NCBI RefSeq assembly: GCF_027921745.1
Contig: NC_079239.1
Location: 1,984,001 to 2,048,000 of the forward strand
Reading direction: 5' to 3'
DNA length: 64,000 nt
From: Schizosaccharomyces osmophilus
Taxonomy: Eukaryota
The notes under the pieces are model-generated. The model was not told the origin of the DNA. It did not search any database and worked only from the letters and a program-made list of their open reading frames with translations. Positions 14,760 to 26,277 of this stretch are shown here, in pieces (the stretch's first letter is position 1; every line of letters starts with the position of its first letter). The position numbers and the translations under genes were made by a program.

Positions 14760-17700
14760 ATGTCAATAATAAAGAAGAGCAGGCTATTCAAGTTCTTGAA
14801 GTTCTGTAAAGTCTATGTGAGTAGGCGGTTTCAGTTTCTTGAATACCATTGTATGCATATAAAAGTTTGGATAGCAGCTGACAGGTACACAGATGCGTTT
14901 ATCCTTGGAATGACGATTTTAAATTCCATCATTTTGTACGGTAGCGGACACTTACATTACATTGATGCTCTATTTCTTGCTAGTGGAGCCGTTACACAAT
15001 CAGGCATCCCTACAGTGAAGATAACAGATATTTCGATATACCAGCAAGTAAGGCTAACGAAATTGATTATATCCATGTGCTGTGATAATACTAACATTGC
15101 TATTCATACAGCTTACACTGTTAATCTTTTCGGTTCTAAGTACGCCGGTGGCCGTCAATCTTGGACTTACAGTTATAAAGCTGTACTATTATAATAGGCG
15201 TTATGACAAAGTGCTAAGAGGTAACCGTTTGACGATGACTTATACCTACAACACATTTCGCCCTAGGGAGGAGGCCGAACCCAATAGGGTAGGTGGTCGA
15301 AAAATTCAAGTGTTGCTGGATCAGGGAAATCGTTTACGTCGGCCCGTTGCTCCTTCAAAAGACAATCAAGAAACCGAGGAAGAGACACAGCCCAAAGGAG
15401 GGTTTTCACGCCTTCGCCGTTCACTTAGCACAGTACAAAGACCAAGTACACTTCCTAACATTCCTTTTTTCAAATTTCCAAGAAAATCCGTCGATTTGGA
15501 AAAGCAAGACTCACCAGCGGAAAATGCTTCTTTTTCAGGGTCGCCAATTCATGATGAAGATCGCCATTCTACCCAAAGTGAGTATCGTGTAAGAAATAGT
15601 GACTATTCAGGTGCTCCATCGGCCTCAGCATCAAACTTAGATGAAGAAGAGCATTCTAATCCGATCGAGTACTCATCCCGAGATTTGGATGATATGAATC
15701 CTCCGTCTCCCTTTGACCGTAGAGAAGAACCTAACCCATCTACTCAGGTTGAATATGCCCCCAGAAATAATGACTATGTAAATAGTACTGGAGACGAATC
15801 ATCGGGTGGGGACAATCTGCCATCCAGACATTCTAATGAATCGAACGATCCTGATACTTCAACTCAAATTAATGAACGTGATAGCTCGGCTTCATCTAAT
15901 CGTACGAACTTTTCGGCTCCAAGAGAAACCGTTGCTGGCTCTTTGTCTTCTTCCCATGGATCTAATCCGTATCCTTCAGAGTACAACATCACCCGTACCG
16001 ATAATGAACCGCACTCGTTGTCTAAAGAACCAGATGAAAGCGCCCCTGCTCCTGACAATTTAGATCAAGTTTCGACTTCTGGTAACACAGGACGACAAGA
16101 AGTTTCCAATCGTGAAGGTGCAGCAAGTCCAAGGATTACAATTGCAATACCTCCTGCACCTGACCACGAACGAAAGCCGGTTCATACTGCGGGTATGTTT
16201 TATATGGCTTTTTCTTCTATATTAACAAACTAGGTTACAACAAGGATTCCAGTTCTATAAAATCTCCTATGTCTTTTGGTAGAGCCAATCGAGGTGCGAC
16301 GTTTTCCTTGACAAATCGTACCCCAGGAGACAGACATTCAATGTCTCTCCTTCCCTCTCAATTCCGAAAAACATTTACTTCGGCCTTGCCTGACAGGCTG
16401 AAAAGTAGCAATACTTTTCGTTCGGCAAACACATCAACCACAATGCCTTTCCTTTCGTATCAACCTACCGTTGGAAGAAATTCTGCGTTTTATGCTTTAT
16501 CTGGTGAGGAAAGAGAAGAACTAGCCGGTATTGAATATCAATCTCTAAAAGTACTGACTGTTCTATTGACAATTTATTTTTTGCTATGGCATGTTCTAGG
16601 CTTGGTTGGATTCCTTATTTACATATATACTGCAAAGGTTTCCGGTAGGGCATGTACAATCGCCGGAATTAATCGTGGATGGTGGGCCGCGTTTACATCC
16701 ACTTCCTTATTTAATAATATTGGATTTGCTCTGCATAATGACTCTTTAAATCAATTTCAAAAAGCAATATTCCCGCAGGTTATGGGGACTATTTTAATTC
16801 TTACAGGGAATACATTTTTTCCAATTGCTTTAAGGCTGATGATTTGGTGTTCTCTATTGTTTAGCAGGTTTTTTAAACCGCATTTTCAACAATCTTTAAT
16901 TTTTTTACTTGAGCATCCACGACGGAGCTTTACACTATTGTTTCCTCCAAAAGTTACGTGGTATTTAACTGCAAATTTGGTAGGTTTGAATTTAGTTTCG
17001 TTTTTCTTCTTTATGGTGCTCAACCTAAGCAATCAATATGTGGAGCAAATCCCAGTCGGATACAGGATTATGAACGGTATTTTTCAAAACGCATCTACCC
17101 GAGCGGCTGGTTTTACGGTCGTAGATATTGGAAGTATTGCTCCAGCATTAATCGTAAGCTATATGTTTATGATGTACATTTCAGCATATGTATGCATTTT
17201 TTTATATATATTTTAAAATGAATTAACTAACTATGTTTAGCCGGTACGCAAAGTCTAGCTCGTTTATGGGTCAAACTCGCTAACCTTAGGGAAAAAAAAG
17301 ATTGCTATGAGTATTCGACAGTAAGTTCATCCAACAGGATAGAAGTGAAGGCTTTAGCTAACCGACGATTAGAACGAATGTTTACGAGGAACGTTCCTTG
17401 GGAATTTATGCACCACCTGCGGATGAAAGTAGCGAAAGCGATACCGACAGTTCTGATAAAGAGCAGCAGCAGCAGCAAGATGCCAAGACCAAACCTAAAA
17501 CAGGGAGAAACTATCTGGTAGATCATCTTCAACGTCAATTAAGTCATGATTTATGGTACATGTTTTTTGGGTTTTTTCTCATTACGATTTTGGAAGGATC
17601 TAGGTTGCAGAGAGCGGATGAGCCAGTAAGAACAAAGTTTCTAGTTTCGAGAAAGCGTCTAACCAAAACTAGCAATTTACGCTATTTTCGATTTTGTTTG

Positions 17701-18207
17701 AGGTTGTTTCCGGTTATGGTACAGTAGGACTGAGTCTTGGTAAGAACAACAGCGAAAAAAAGGGTTAGAGTATCGTGTTAACAAGGATGAAAAGGATATG
17801 GGGATGCGCCGTCTTTGTCTGCTCAATTTCGAAAAATCAGTAAACTTGTGATGATAGCATTAGAGGTATGAGATGATGAAATGGTGAGAAATACAGTACA
17901 TACTAACGAAACAATAGATTCGTGGAAGGCATCGAGGTAAGAGACCTGAAATCCTGAATGGGGGATTGAAAGAGGTTGTATGGCTAACCTATTAATTTAG
18001 GACTGCCAAGTGCCCTGGATCGAGCAGTAAGTCAAAGAATTAGAATCTCTTTGCGGATGCTATAGGTTTCGGTAAAGAGATTTTGTCACTTGCGGATAGG
18101 TTGATGAATGCTAAACGATATGAAATGTGTAGGTACTTATGCCATCTGACAAAAATTTTGATCGGGAAGAAGAGGATTACATTCGAAAGCATGGAAAGAA
18201 TAAATGA
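14760..18207 (+). CDS. trk2: Trk-family potassium transporter. 12 exons: 14760-14850, 14893-15047, 15112-16192, 16234-17189, 17241-17243, 17301-17320, 17373-17625, 17673-17739, 17795-17865, 17918-17936, 18001-18026, 18133-18207; about 938 aa
   Basis: Trk motifs YIDALFLASGAVTQSG, SLFNNIGF, LLEHPRRSFTLLFP, STRAAGF, MMYISAYPIAMSIRQTNVYEERSLGIY, FEVVSGYGTVGLSLG and RGRHRGLPSALDRAVLMP are recovered only after splicing. All introns are GT..AG. The spliced CDS of 2817 nt is divisible by 3. Confidence 0.9.
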
Positions 18208-19075
18208 ATTCCATGATCGAAAAAAAAAAACGGCGAAGACGTTTTAAAAAAGCATTGGTTTTTACGACACTTCTATAAATGATAGAATGATAGAATTTGA
18301 AATGAATATTTATTACCAGGGTTCATGATGTGGGCGTTTTCATGGAAAGGACTAGTTTGGTATGGGGTTCCAAAAAGTCCAACAAGGAACGTAGCAGAGA
18401 AGGAAAGATGTCTAGTTCTACTTCTACTCTATTCGTTGTTGGTGTATAAAATGGATGAATGTTCATTAAAAAAGAAAAAGAAAATAAAAATAAAAAGCTA
18501 GGGTATTGGGTATTGAAGCTGCTTTTATTGGAATGGAATCCTTCGATAGTAGTAGAGTCGTTTTGGGGGATGTGGAAACCGAATTGGAAAACTGAAAAGA
18601 AACTTGAGTTCGTCGGACCAGCTAGCGTTGCCGACCTGGATGTTGCGAATACGATTGTTGATATACAAAAATCGACAACACTGTACATTAGCCTACGAAA
18701 AAAGAAACAAAAGAAAACAAAAAGCTCTAGGCAATCTCCAAGTTCAACCAAGTTTCGGATTTGCGTTTATGTTTTCTTTTGCCTTTTTTCCTGCGCAACA
18801 ATCTTCATTTCCAAGGATTCGCTAATATAATCGTATCGAAACCGTAAGAGTTGACATTCTTATAACAGGGTACCGACCATGTCATTTTCAGCCTTGTTTT
18901 CGAATTTATTTTGTCCGTTCGGGTTCGGTAAGAAATGAGGTAGGGGGTGACGAAAAGAATCGGTAAATAGGACCGGGGCGATGTGGAGGGCAAATCGGAC
19001 AGAAGAGACAGAAGGGAAATAGACTTCAGGCGAACGGCAATGGAGATTTGTATAATATGTTTTATTATACAATAA

Positions 19076-19086
19076 GTAAATAAACA
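19076..19086 (+). promoter_or_regulatory. Forkhead/FLEX-like element GTAAATAAACA
   Basis: Exact match to the FLEX core GTAAAYAAACA in the trk2-elo1 intergenic region. Function not shown. Confidence 0.35.
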
Positions 19087-19546
19087 GAGACAAAAAACAA
19101 CAGAAACCAAGACAAGAAATCAACGTGGTTTTCAAAATGGTTTGCGTTTTTGTTTGTGATGGTTTGATGGATGTTAGTCAAGAGAAAACAACAGGTTATG
19201 GATGATACCTACAAGAAACATTGGTAGAAAGAAAAAGAGAAACGACACCGATGGAAAGCCGATAGAGAAAACGCAAAGGAGGAAGTCGTACAAGAAAAAA
19301 GAGCGATAGTTTTTCTCTTTTTAAAGGTTGGCTCCCTCCTATTCCTATCTTCTTTTTAGCTGATAGATTTCCCACAAAACGAACTTTGCATAATTCGCGT
19401 GAAAACCAAGCAAACGTACGGCAATCCTCATTTGCGAACCATATTCCTATTTTTAATTTTTTTTTCTTCGTTTCTTGTTGCTCTTCTCTTTTTCCAACGT
19501 CCACCGTCCAACTTCCATGATTTCTTCTGCTTCCTTTTATTTATTT

Positions 19547-19553
19547 ATGACGT
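19547..19553 (+). promoter_or_regulatory. Atf1-Pcr1 (M26/CRE) heptamer ATGACGT upstream of the elongase gene
   Basis: Exact ATGACGT about 480 nt upstream of the elo1 ATG. The motif is short and could be chance. Confidence 0.35.
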
Positions 19554-20027
19554 GACTTTTGAGTAACAGGATCGGTTGATATTCTATGTTCTCATGGTAT
19601 TTGAGATTCGCGGATGAGAATGGATTTTCTATTAAAGGAAATGAGTGGTCTCATTTCTACGAACGGCATATTTCTCAAGCTCCATTGAATCCGATTTTCG
19701 TTGCCTACAGTGCGAATCCAATGCTACCAACGGTTCCCGATTCTTTTTCCTGTTGCTAAATACAAAACCAGTTTCCAGTTTCCAATTTCTTACTCTTATT
19801 CTTTTATTATTTTGCTATTCGCTTTTTCTTCCTTCTTGTTTTGATCTCTAGATCTTTAATCCTAGGATTGTTTTTGTATTTTCGGTTTGTTTTGTAGGTT
19901 TCACTATTTTTTGATTGCACTGGTTTTTATTTGTCACTATCCCTGCAACAAGACTTAATTACGTCCACCTGTGTTTTCGGTTTCGTCTAATTCATCTCAC
20001 TTGGCACAACTTTCCATACTTCCTGTG

Positions 20028-21906
20028 ATGCCTTCCTCTCGTGCTCTTTCCCATAATCAAATGTTTGCCGTGGAGAATGATTCGTTGGCTTCTACCAAAA
20101 GTTCCTATAGCATGCCTTTTGTTTTATTCAGTCAATTTCAATATCCACTATGGTAAGTTTACTTGATTTTAAATGATTCCCTGTTCCTTTTGCTTGCTCC
20201 GTCTTTCTTCTTCTACTCTTCTTTCTCTTGTTTTTACTATTCTAGCTTTTCAATTTATCGTTGAAATCCATTTTCTTGCTGTTATAACATATTTCTCTTA
20301 CTGCACATGTTGAGGAATTTGCTACTCTGGATGAGGTTTCCCGTCCCAAAAGCTTCTTGCCTAGCATTTTTTCCCATCTTGTATCTATTTCTTCTCCGTC
20401 TACAGTCTTTTGCAGTCTATTTCTTCTTCTGTTGGCCTTGGTCCTCCTTGGCCTTCTCATTTCTTTCCTCTTGGCATCGTTCGTTTACTTCATAAGTACT
20501 TCATTGTTGATTTGGGTACACACTTCCCATCTCGCAATTTAATATAAGCTAGTGCTTTCTTTTGTGTAACATAAGAAACCGCACTCTTGCAAAGTATCAC
20601 TATTCCAAACATATTGAGTCATCTCTTTCGGTCCTTCATTATGTATGGGGAATCCAATGATTCTGTGGAAAGGAGGAAGCAAGCAAGGAGAATGAGAATG
20701 AAAAGCAAGAGTGGTTTCTGGTTTGACGGCATCAAGGATACCTTTGAACATTGGTGGATCTTTGAAAGAGTTATGAACGTAGAAAGCTTCCAAGGAACGG
20801 ATTTTTTTTCTTATTCTTATTCTCCATTATGAATAACTTGGACATTTCTTGTTTCCTTTAGGAATCATTTACTAACAGAGATAGGAATTGGCTAAATGCT
20901 TTTTCAGAAGCAATTTTTGGTAAGAGTACTTCTTCTTTTTCTTTCGTCGTAGGAAAGACTCATTTTTCTTCCTTTCCTACTGTCGCTTTTCTGATTACCG
21001 GTTACTATGTGTCTATTTTTGCGGGTAGTAGACTCATGAAGAATCGTTCTCCAATTCGTTTAAAAAAGACTTTTCAATATTATAACCTCGTGTTTTCTGT
21101 CACCTCCAGCATTCTTGCTCTACTGATATTTGAACAAGTTGCTCCCATGATATATCAGCACGGGTTTTTCTTTTCCATATGTAACGAAAAGGCCTGGTCA
21201 CAACCTCTTCTCTTTCTATACTACTGTGCCTATATTTCAAAATTTGTACGTCTCCTTATCTACTGTTTCTGTATTCCTTCGTTGTTCTAACATTACCTCT
21301 TTCCCCTAGCTTGAACTTGCCGATACTTTCTTTCTAGTATTACGCAAAAAGCCACTTCAATTTCTTCACTATTATCATCATGGAGCCACGGCCCTTTTGG
21401 TCTATTCTCAAATTGTGGGAAGGACTTCGATCTCCTGGCTAATTATCGAAATTAATTTATTGGTTCATGTAGTTATGTATTACTATTATTACCTTGTCGC
21501 CAGAGGCATCCGTGTGCCTTGGAAAAAGTGGGTTACCCGTTTTCAGATCATTCAATTTTTTACCGATCTAGGATTTATTTATTTTGTTTTTGGAACTGAA
21601 CTTTTATACCGTTCAAAAAATTACAACAAGTATTGCTGGGGCCATTGTTCTGGTGAACCCTTTGCTGCCTTTTGTGGTCTTATTACCATTTCTTCTTACC
21701 TAATTCTGTTTGTTGTCTTTTATCGCAACACCTACAAAAAAAATGCTGCTGCCAAGAAATCAAAGCAAAGTGCTCCCTCGAATGTTTCAGATAATTTGCA
21801 CTTGAAGCTCTTTTCCAAAAACAACGCTTCCTTAACCGAATCTAGCTGCAACACACTTGTAAGCAACTTGGGTCCTATCTCTTCTGGCATAAGGAAGGAC
21901 AATTAA
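20028..21906 (+). CDS. elo1: GNS1/SUR4 (ELO) fatty acid elongase. 3 exons: 20028-20152, 20885-21245, 21310-21906; 360 aa
   Basis: ELO motifs [39 protein letters not shown] and TRFQIIQF. Exon 1 ends ...YPL-TG|GTAAGT and joins G-AAT-TGG after ACTAAC..ATAG (20884) to give ...YPLWNWLNAF. The spliced CDS of 1083 nt is in frame. Confidence 0.88.
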
Positions 21907-22771
21907 TTTACAAAAAAATTGGTTCACTCCTTTTCTGTTTTACATATGATCTATATGTCTTGAGCGGTTATAGGCTTATTTTTACCCAATGTTTTGGTTT
22001 CGAAGTGAAACGACGTATTAATATCGTGATTCTCCGGCAAATAAGTATTAAAACAGAAGCAAAAACAAAAAAAAAGGAACAGCTTAGTCTCTTTTTTGGA
22101 TATTTTGTATTACAAATATCGATTTTTTCGATATTTAAAAAATGCGTTTATCGACATTAGTATTAAGAGTACTACGTGCAAAGTGTGAATCGATTTTTCA
22201 CTGTATTTGCTTTCTTTTTATGAACGCGTTACTTTGATTGAGTTATTTCCTACCTAACTTATCGATGGAGTCTCTTCTAATGATGCATCATTAAAAGGGC
22301 TTGATTCCATTTATTTAGTGGACCCCAAATGCCAACAAGTATTGGATATTTATTTTTCATAGCTTAAAGTATGGTCTGTTTACTATAAACTGTACATATT
22401 ATCATTTTAATTATGGAAATTTTCAAAGATTTATAATATTATGCTAGCAATTTATTATTTTGATATATTTTTCTACTGCAGCTTTTCTTCTTCTATTTAG
22501 TAAGTCTTATTTGTAAACTTTCTGGAATTCTATACTTGCAATGTTCCATAAGAATGTCGATTCGTATACTAAACGCAACCTGCAAGCTTTGGAACGAAAT
22601 TTACCTACCGCGCATGACTCAACATTAAATATTGGTTGGTAAATTGAATAGTAACCATTTGAACTATATTTCGTACAATATACTTGAAAACAATTCCCAT
22701 GTTTTCGAAAGGAAAGTAATCATTTGGTGGTATAATTTTAAGCGTAAACAAATTCAACGGTATAGGAGTTG

Positions 22772-24889
22772 ATGGTTACCAAGAAGAATATTGATACTTT
22801 GGAATCTCTTTGGAAAAACTTAAAAAACACAAAAGATGCACCTGATCAAAAATGGCTTAAGAGATGCCAAGAAATTATTCATACTACGCCGAGTCGTACT
22901 TTGGTGTTTAGTGAAGTGATGGAAAGACTTTATAGGTATGATTCCTTAATTGTTTTATTCTTCTTTAATTGTAACTAAATCATCAGGGTTTCCGAGAAAA
23001 TGTCCATCCTGGGCCGTGAGGATTTGGAAGTACCTCTCCTCGATGCATGCGAACTTCTCGAGCGACAGACTACTAGCCTGAAGGAAGAATTTCTACATTC
23101 TCAGTATTTGGCGGTGTTACTAGAGCTTTCAAGAAATCCTTTAGAAATTCGTAATGTAGGATCCCGAAACAAAATAGAAGACTTGCATGCCGAAACTGAG
23201 TCGCGTTCTTTGAATGAAGAGCTATCTTCACTCGGTGGAGACCATTGGGAAGAACAAGATTGGATGGAAATAACCAGTGAAGAAGAAGAAGACAAAGACG
23301 AATATATTGATGATTTAACAATAGGCGAGACCCACTGCTCTACGTCAACTACAGACGAAAAACAAATGGTAGACAGTGTTCAAGAAGATGATCCCCATAT
23401 ATGGAAGCTTCAACCCTCAAGTGATTCCGCTATACCCTATGTTAGGAAAGAAGCCATTGCGAGTTTTAGGAAGGTGAAACCATTCATGTTTTTTGATGGG
23501 AGTAGCGCTTTAGAGGAAAAGAATATCTCAGAAAGATGGTTTGTGAAGGATGTTATTTACATGCTGTTTGGTCTCCCTAGTTTTTTCTTTCTAACTCATG
23601 ATGATGGAACTGTAAAGGTTAGGCGTCAGATACTTCCGAAAGTGAACATACTTACTCATGAATCAATGTACAGTATACTGGATAATTTTGCAAGCCATGG
23701 TTCTTGTTTGAACAACTTTCGAAATCTCCTAAAAGATGTAACAGAGAAGAATGTGGGTCATTTGAATTTACATAACACATCTGAGATTGTTAGGAAAGAG
23801 CTTGTTTTTCCCTATTTAAAGGAACCCTTAGAAAATTGTTTAAAAGGATTGCAAAAACAGTTGCACAAGTTGGAGTTTGAGATATACTATATATCGACAA
23901 AGTCGACTCTATTCCAAGCGTATATGGATTTATCCCCTATCATTTTTTGTTTGAAAAACTATTTACAGATTTTAAACACTTCAAACACCGTTTGGGATGT
24001 AGTGGAGAAACTTGACATTTTGAAGCAACAGAAACATGAGAAGGATACTTATAATTATTTATTTAAATCCTCATGCACAGCGGTTATACGATGGTTATAT
24101 CAGTTTGCAAATCATCTGCATCTTGAGAAGATCCCCCAATATGCGAAGCCAATTGTTTCGTTAATGATGAAGCAGCCGAATCTTGAGGAAGGTCACGAGG
24201 AAACACTGCAAGAATTAGAAAGCTCTTTCATTTATGAAAATGCGTTTTCTTTTGCAGAAGTATTACTACAATTGGAAGTATGTTTTCAAGCAAAAAAATC
24301 GAATCTCCCATTCTGGGGAATTGAAAGAATGGCCTCACAGGAACGTACTCCCCTCTCAGGGCTGAATGCTTTAATTCAAAGATTTGAGTCTGCCAAATGT
24401 TCGTTACTTCTCAAGCAACAAGGGAAAATGGCATATGGTCATTACGTGTTCATTCAAACATGTCTAAATTATTGTATGTTTTTGCATAATGAACTTCAAA
24501 TAATGCTGTCCGATGCAACAAACGTGAATAGCAACTTGAGCTTTTTCGGGACAGAAATAAAGCCAGTTCATAACAATCTGAGTATGGAAGAAATCATAGA
24601 ACAATTCCTTCGAGATGTGTTTACCGAAGATGTAGTGGAAATTTTACGGCTTGAAGTTCTAACTTGTCAACAAGAAGTGTTTGCAAATGTTATGGAAAAA
24701 AGGTTCTCTACAAATTCAGGTTCAACGTTAGAATCAAATAAAGTGGACGAAGAAGCAGGAAAGTTCTGTGATATTTTTGTGAAACTATCCAAAGTTCTAT
24801 TGCATCCTGATCGACCCATTGATCCTGGTGCTTATTCTTGTAGAAGGCGTTTATCAGAATTACTCTTACTGATTATCCCCGAAGTTTAA
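22772..24889 (+). CDS. mod21: Divergent gamma-tubulin complex subunit (GCP5-like, Mod21). Exons 22772-22935 and 22987-24889; 688 aa
   Basis: A GTATGA..CTAAA..CAG intron joins the two ORFs in frame. Has a GCP-type segment (ISERWFVKDVIYMLFGLPS) and a GCP5-like N-terminus (LAVLLELSRNP, GDHW). Recalled synteny with ndk1. Confidence 0.75.
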
Positions 24890-25066
24890 AAGCAGAACTA
24901 TGTACAAAGAGAGGCTTGAACTACTATTCACTTAAGAGTCATAAGATCTTATTGAAGAAAGTCGAAATGAACGATGCTAGTGTATTCATAATTCATAGTT
25001 TAGCTTCGTTAATGAATCTTAAGAAGCAAATTGAACAAGGCAAGAAAATTTGACGAGATCATTAAC

Positions 25067-25522
25067 TTATTCGTAAACCCAACCTTCAATAGCGCGGTCG
25101 TATTGTTGAATTTCGGCACTTTGGAACCATAAGTTGATTTCATACTTGGCACTATCAACCGAATCTGAGCCATGACAAACGTTTCTTCCCAGATCAATAC
25201 CGTAGTCACCACGAATGGTGCCAGGAGCAGAGGCCAAAGGATTTGTAGCACCAAGCATAACACGGCCAGTCTTGACTACATCCTTTCCTTCCCAGACCAT
25301 GGCGCAAACAGGGCCGGAACCCATAAATCCGACGAGCTTTTCAAAGAAAGGCTTTCCTTTGTGTTCATCATAATGTTTTTCAAGGAGAGTGCGATCGGGG
25401 ACTAGCAACTTGATAGCGCGAAGCTTGTATCCTCGACGCTCAAATCTGGTTATAATAGGACCAATAAGTCCACGTTGAACAGCGTCGGGCTTAATAGCAA
25501 TGAAAGTTTGTTCTTGGCTCAT
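25067..25522 (-). CDS. ndk1: Nucleoside diphosphate kinase, 151 aa
   Basis: [23 protein letters not shown] and the catalytic NVCHGSDS motif. Confidence 0.98.
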   Translation of the reverse strand: MSQEQTFIAIKPDAVQRGLIGPIITRFERRGYKLRAIKLLVPDRTLLEKHYDEHKGKPFFEKLVGFMGSGPVCAMVWEGKDVVKTGRVMLGATNPLASAPGTIRGDYGIDLGRNVCHGSDSVDSAKYEINLWFQSAEIQQYDRAIEGWVYE

Positions 25523-25645
25523 TTTACGGTCGAAATTGTCTGTTAGCTAAAAGAGGGCGTGGTTGGTAGATCGATAAGTCTGAGATTAATCGTTCATAAG
25601 AGTTCCTTCCGAGGGAAGTGAGAATGCGTCATGAGTAACGATTCT

Positions 25646-25656
25646 GTAAATAAACA
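25646..25656 (+). promoter_or_regulatory. Forkhead/FLEX element GTAAATAAACA in the divergent ndk1-shk2 promoter
   Basis: Exact FLEX core followed by TAAA repeats. Confidence 0.45.
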
Positions 25657-26138
25657 AATAAATAAATAAATGATAATAATAGACGTACATTTGTAGATAT
25701 AAGGAAACAAAGAAAAAGAAGAAGAAAAACTGGAGCTGCTATCATTTTTTATTAATACAATCAATTTCGTTTTTTCGTAGCGCATCCAATTGATTACAAA
25801 AAATGAAGCTGAAAGGAGATGTCCGGCATGAGAGAAAGGTACTGAAAAATCGCTAGCAGATCCTTTCATGTTGAAAAGGACTACACAACTCTACCGTTGT
25901 TTTTCCAAATAGACTGAGCTTAAAACGAGAGAAGGATAGGTGTCTTGAAGTGTCGTCGATTCGTATCTTGTCAACGTGAAGAAGGTCTTTGAATTTATAT
26001 TAATGGATTTTTTGTCACTACTTTCATCATAAAAAAAAAGAAAATATGGAGTTATCAATTCCAAAAGCATTTTGTTTATAGGAATGGTTTGTTTACATAC
26101 CACGACACGTCACCAGGTAGAAATTTATTTTATTAAAC

Positions 26139-26164
26139 TTTCTTTGTTTACGCGTTTCTTTGTT
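26139..26164 (+). promoter_or_regulatory. Two Ste11 TR boxes (TTTCTTTGTT at 26139-26148 and 26155-26164) flanking an MCB element (ACGCGT, 26150-26155), upstream of shk2
   Basis: Exact 10-mer matches 114-139 nt upstream of the shk2 ATG. A third TR box lies in reverse orientation at 25706-25715. Confidence 0.65.
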
Positions 26165-26277
26165 CTCTGATAAATCATGGGTTCTTTACTTCAAATTTAC
26201 AAAAGTGAAGAAAAACAGAATAATCGAAAAGGTGAAATATAACTAGTACGAATTTATTTTCTACAATATAGAGGATA

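Noticed and set aside
18323..19504. Several 70-140 aa ORFs between trk2 and elo1
   Set aside because: They are low-complexity K- or F-rich translations of A/T tracts, many start at non-ATG codons, and none has a motif.
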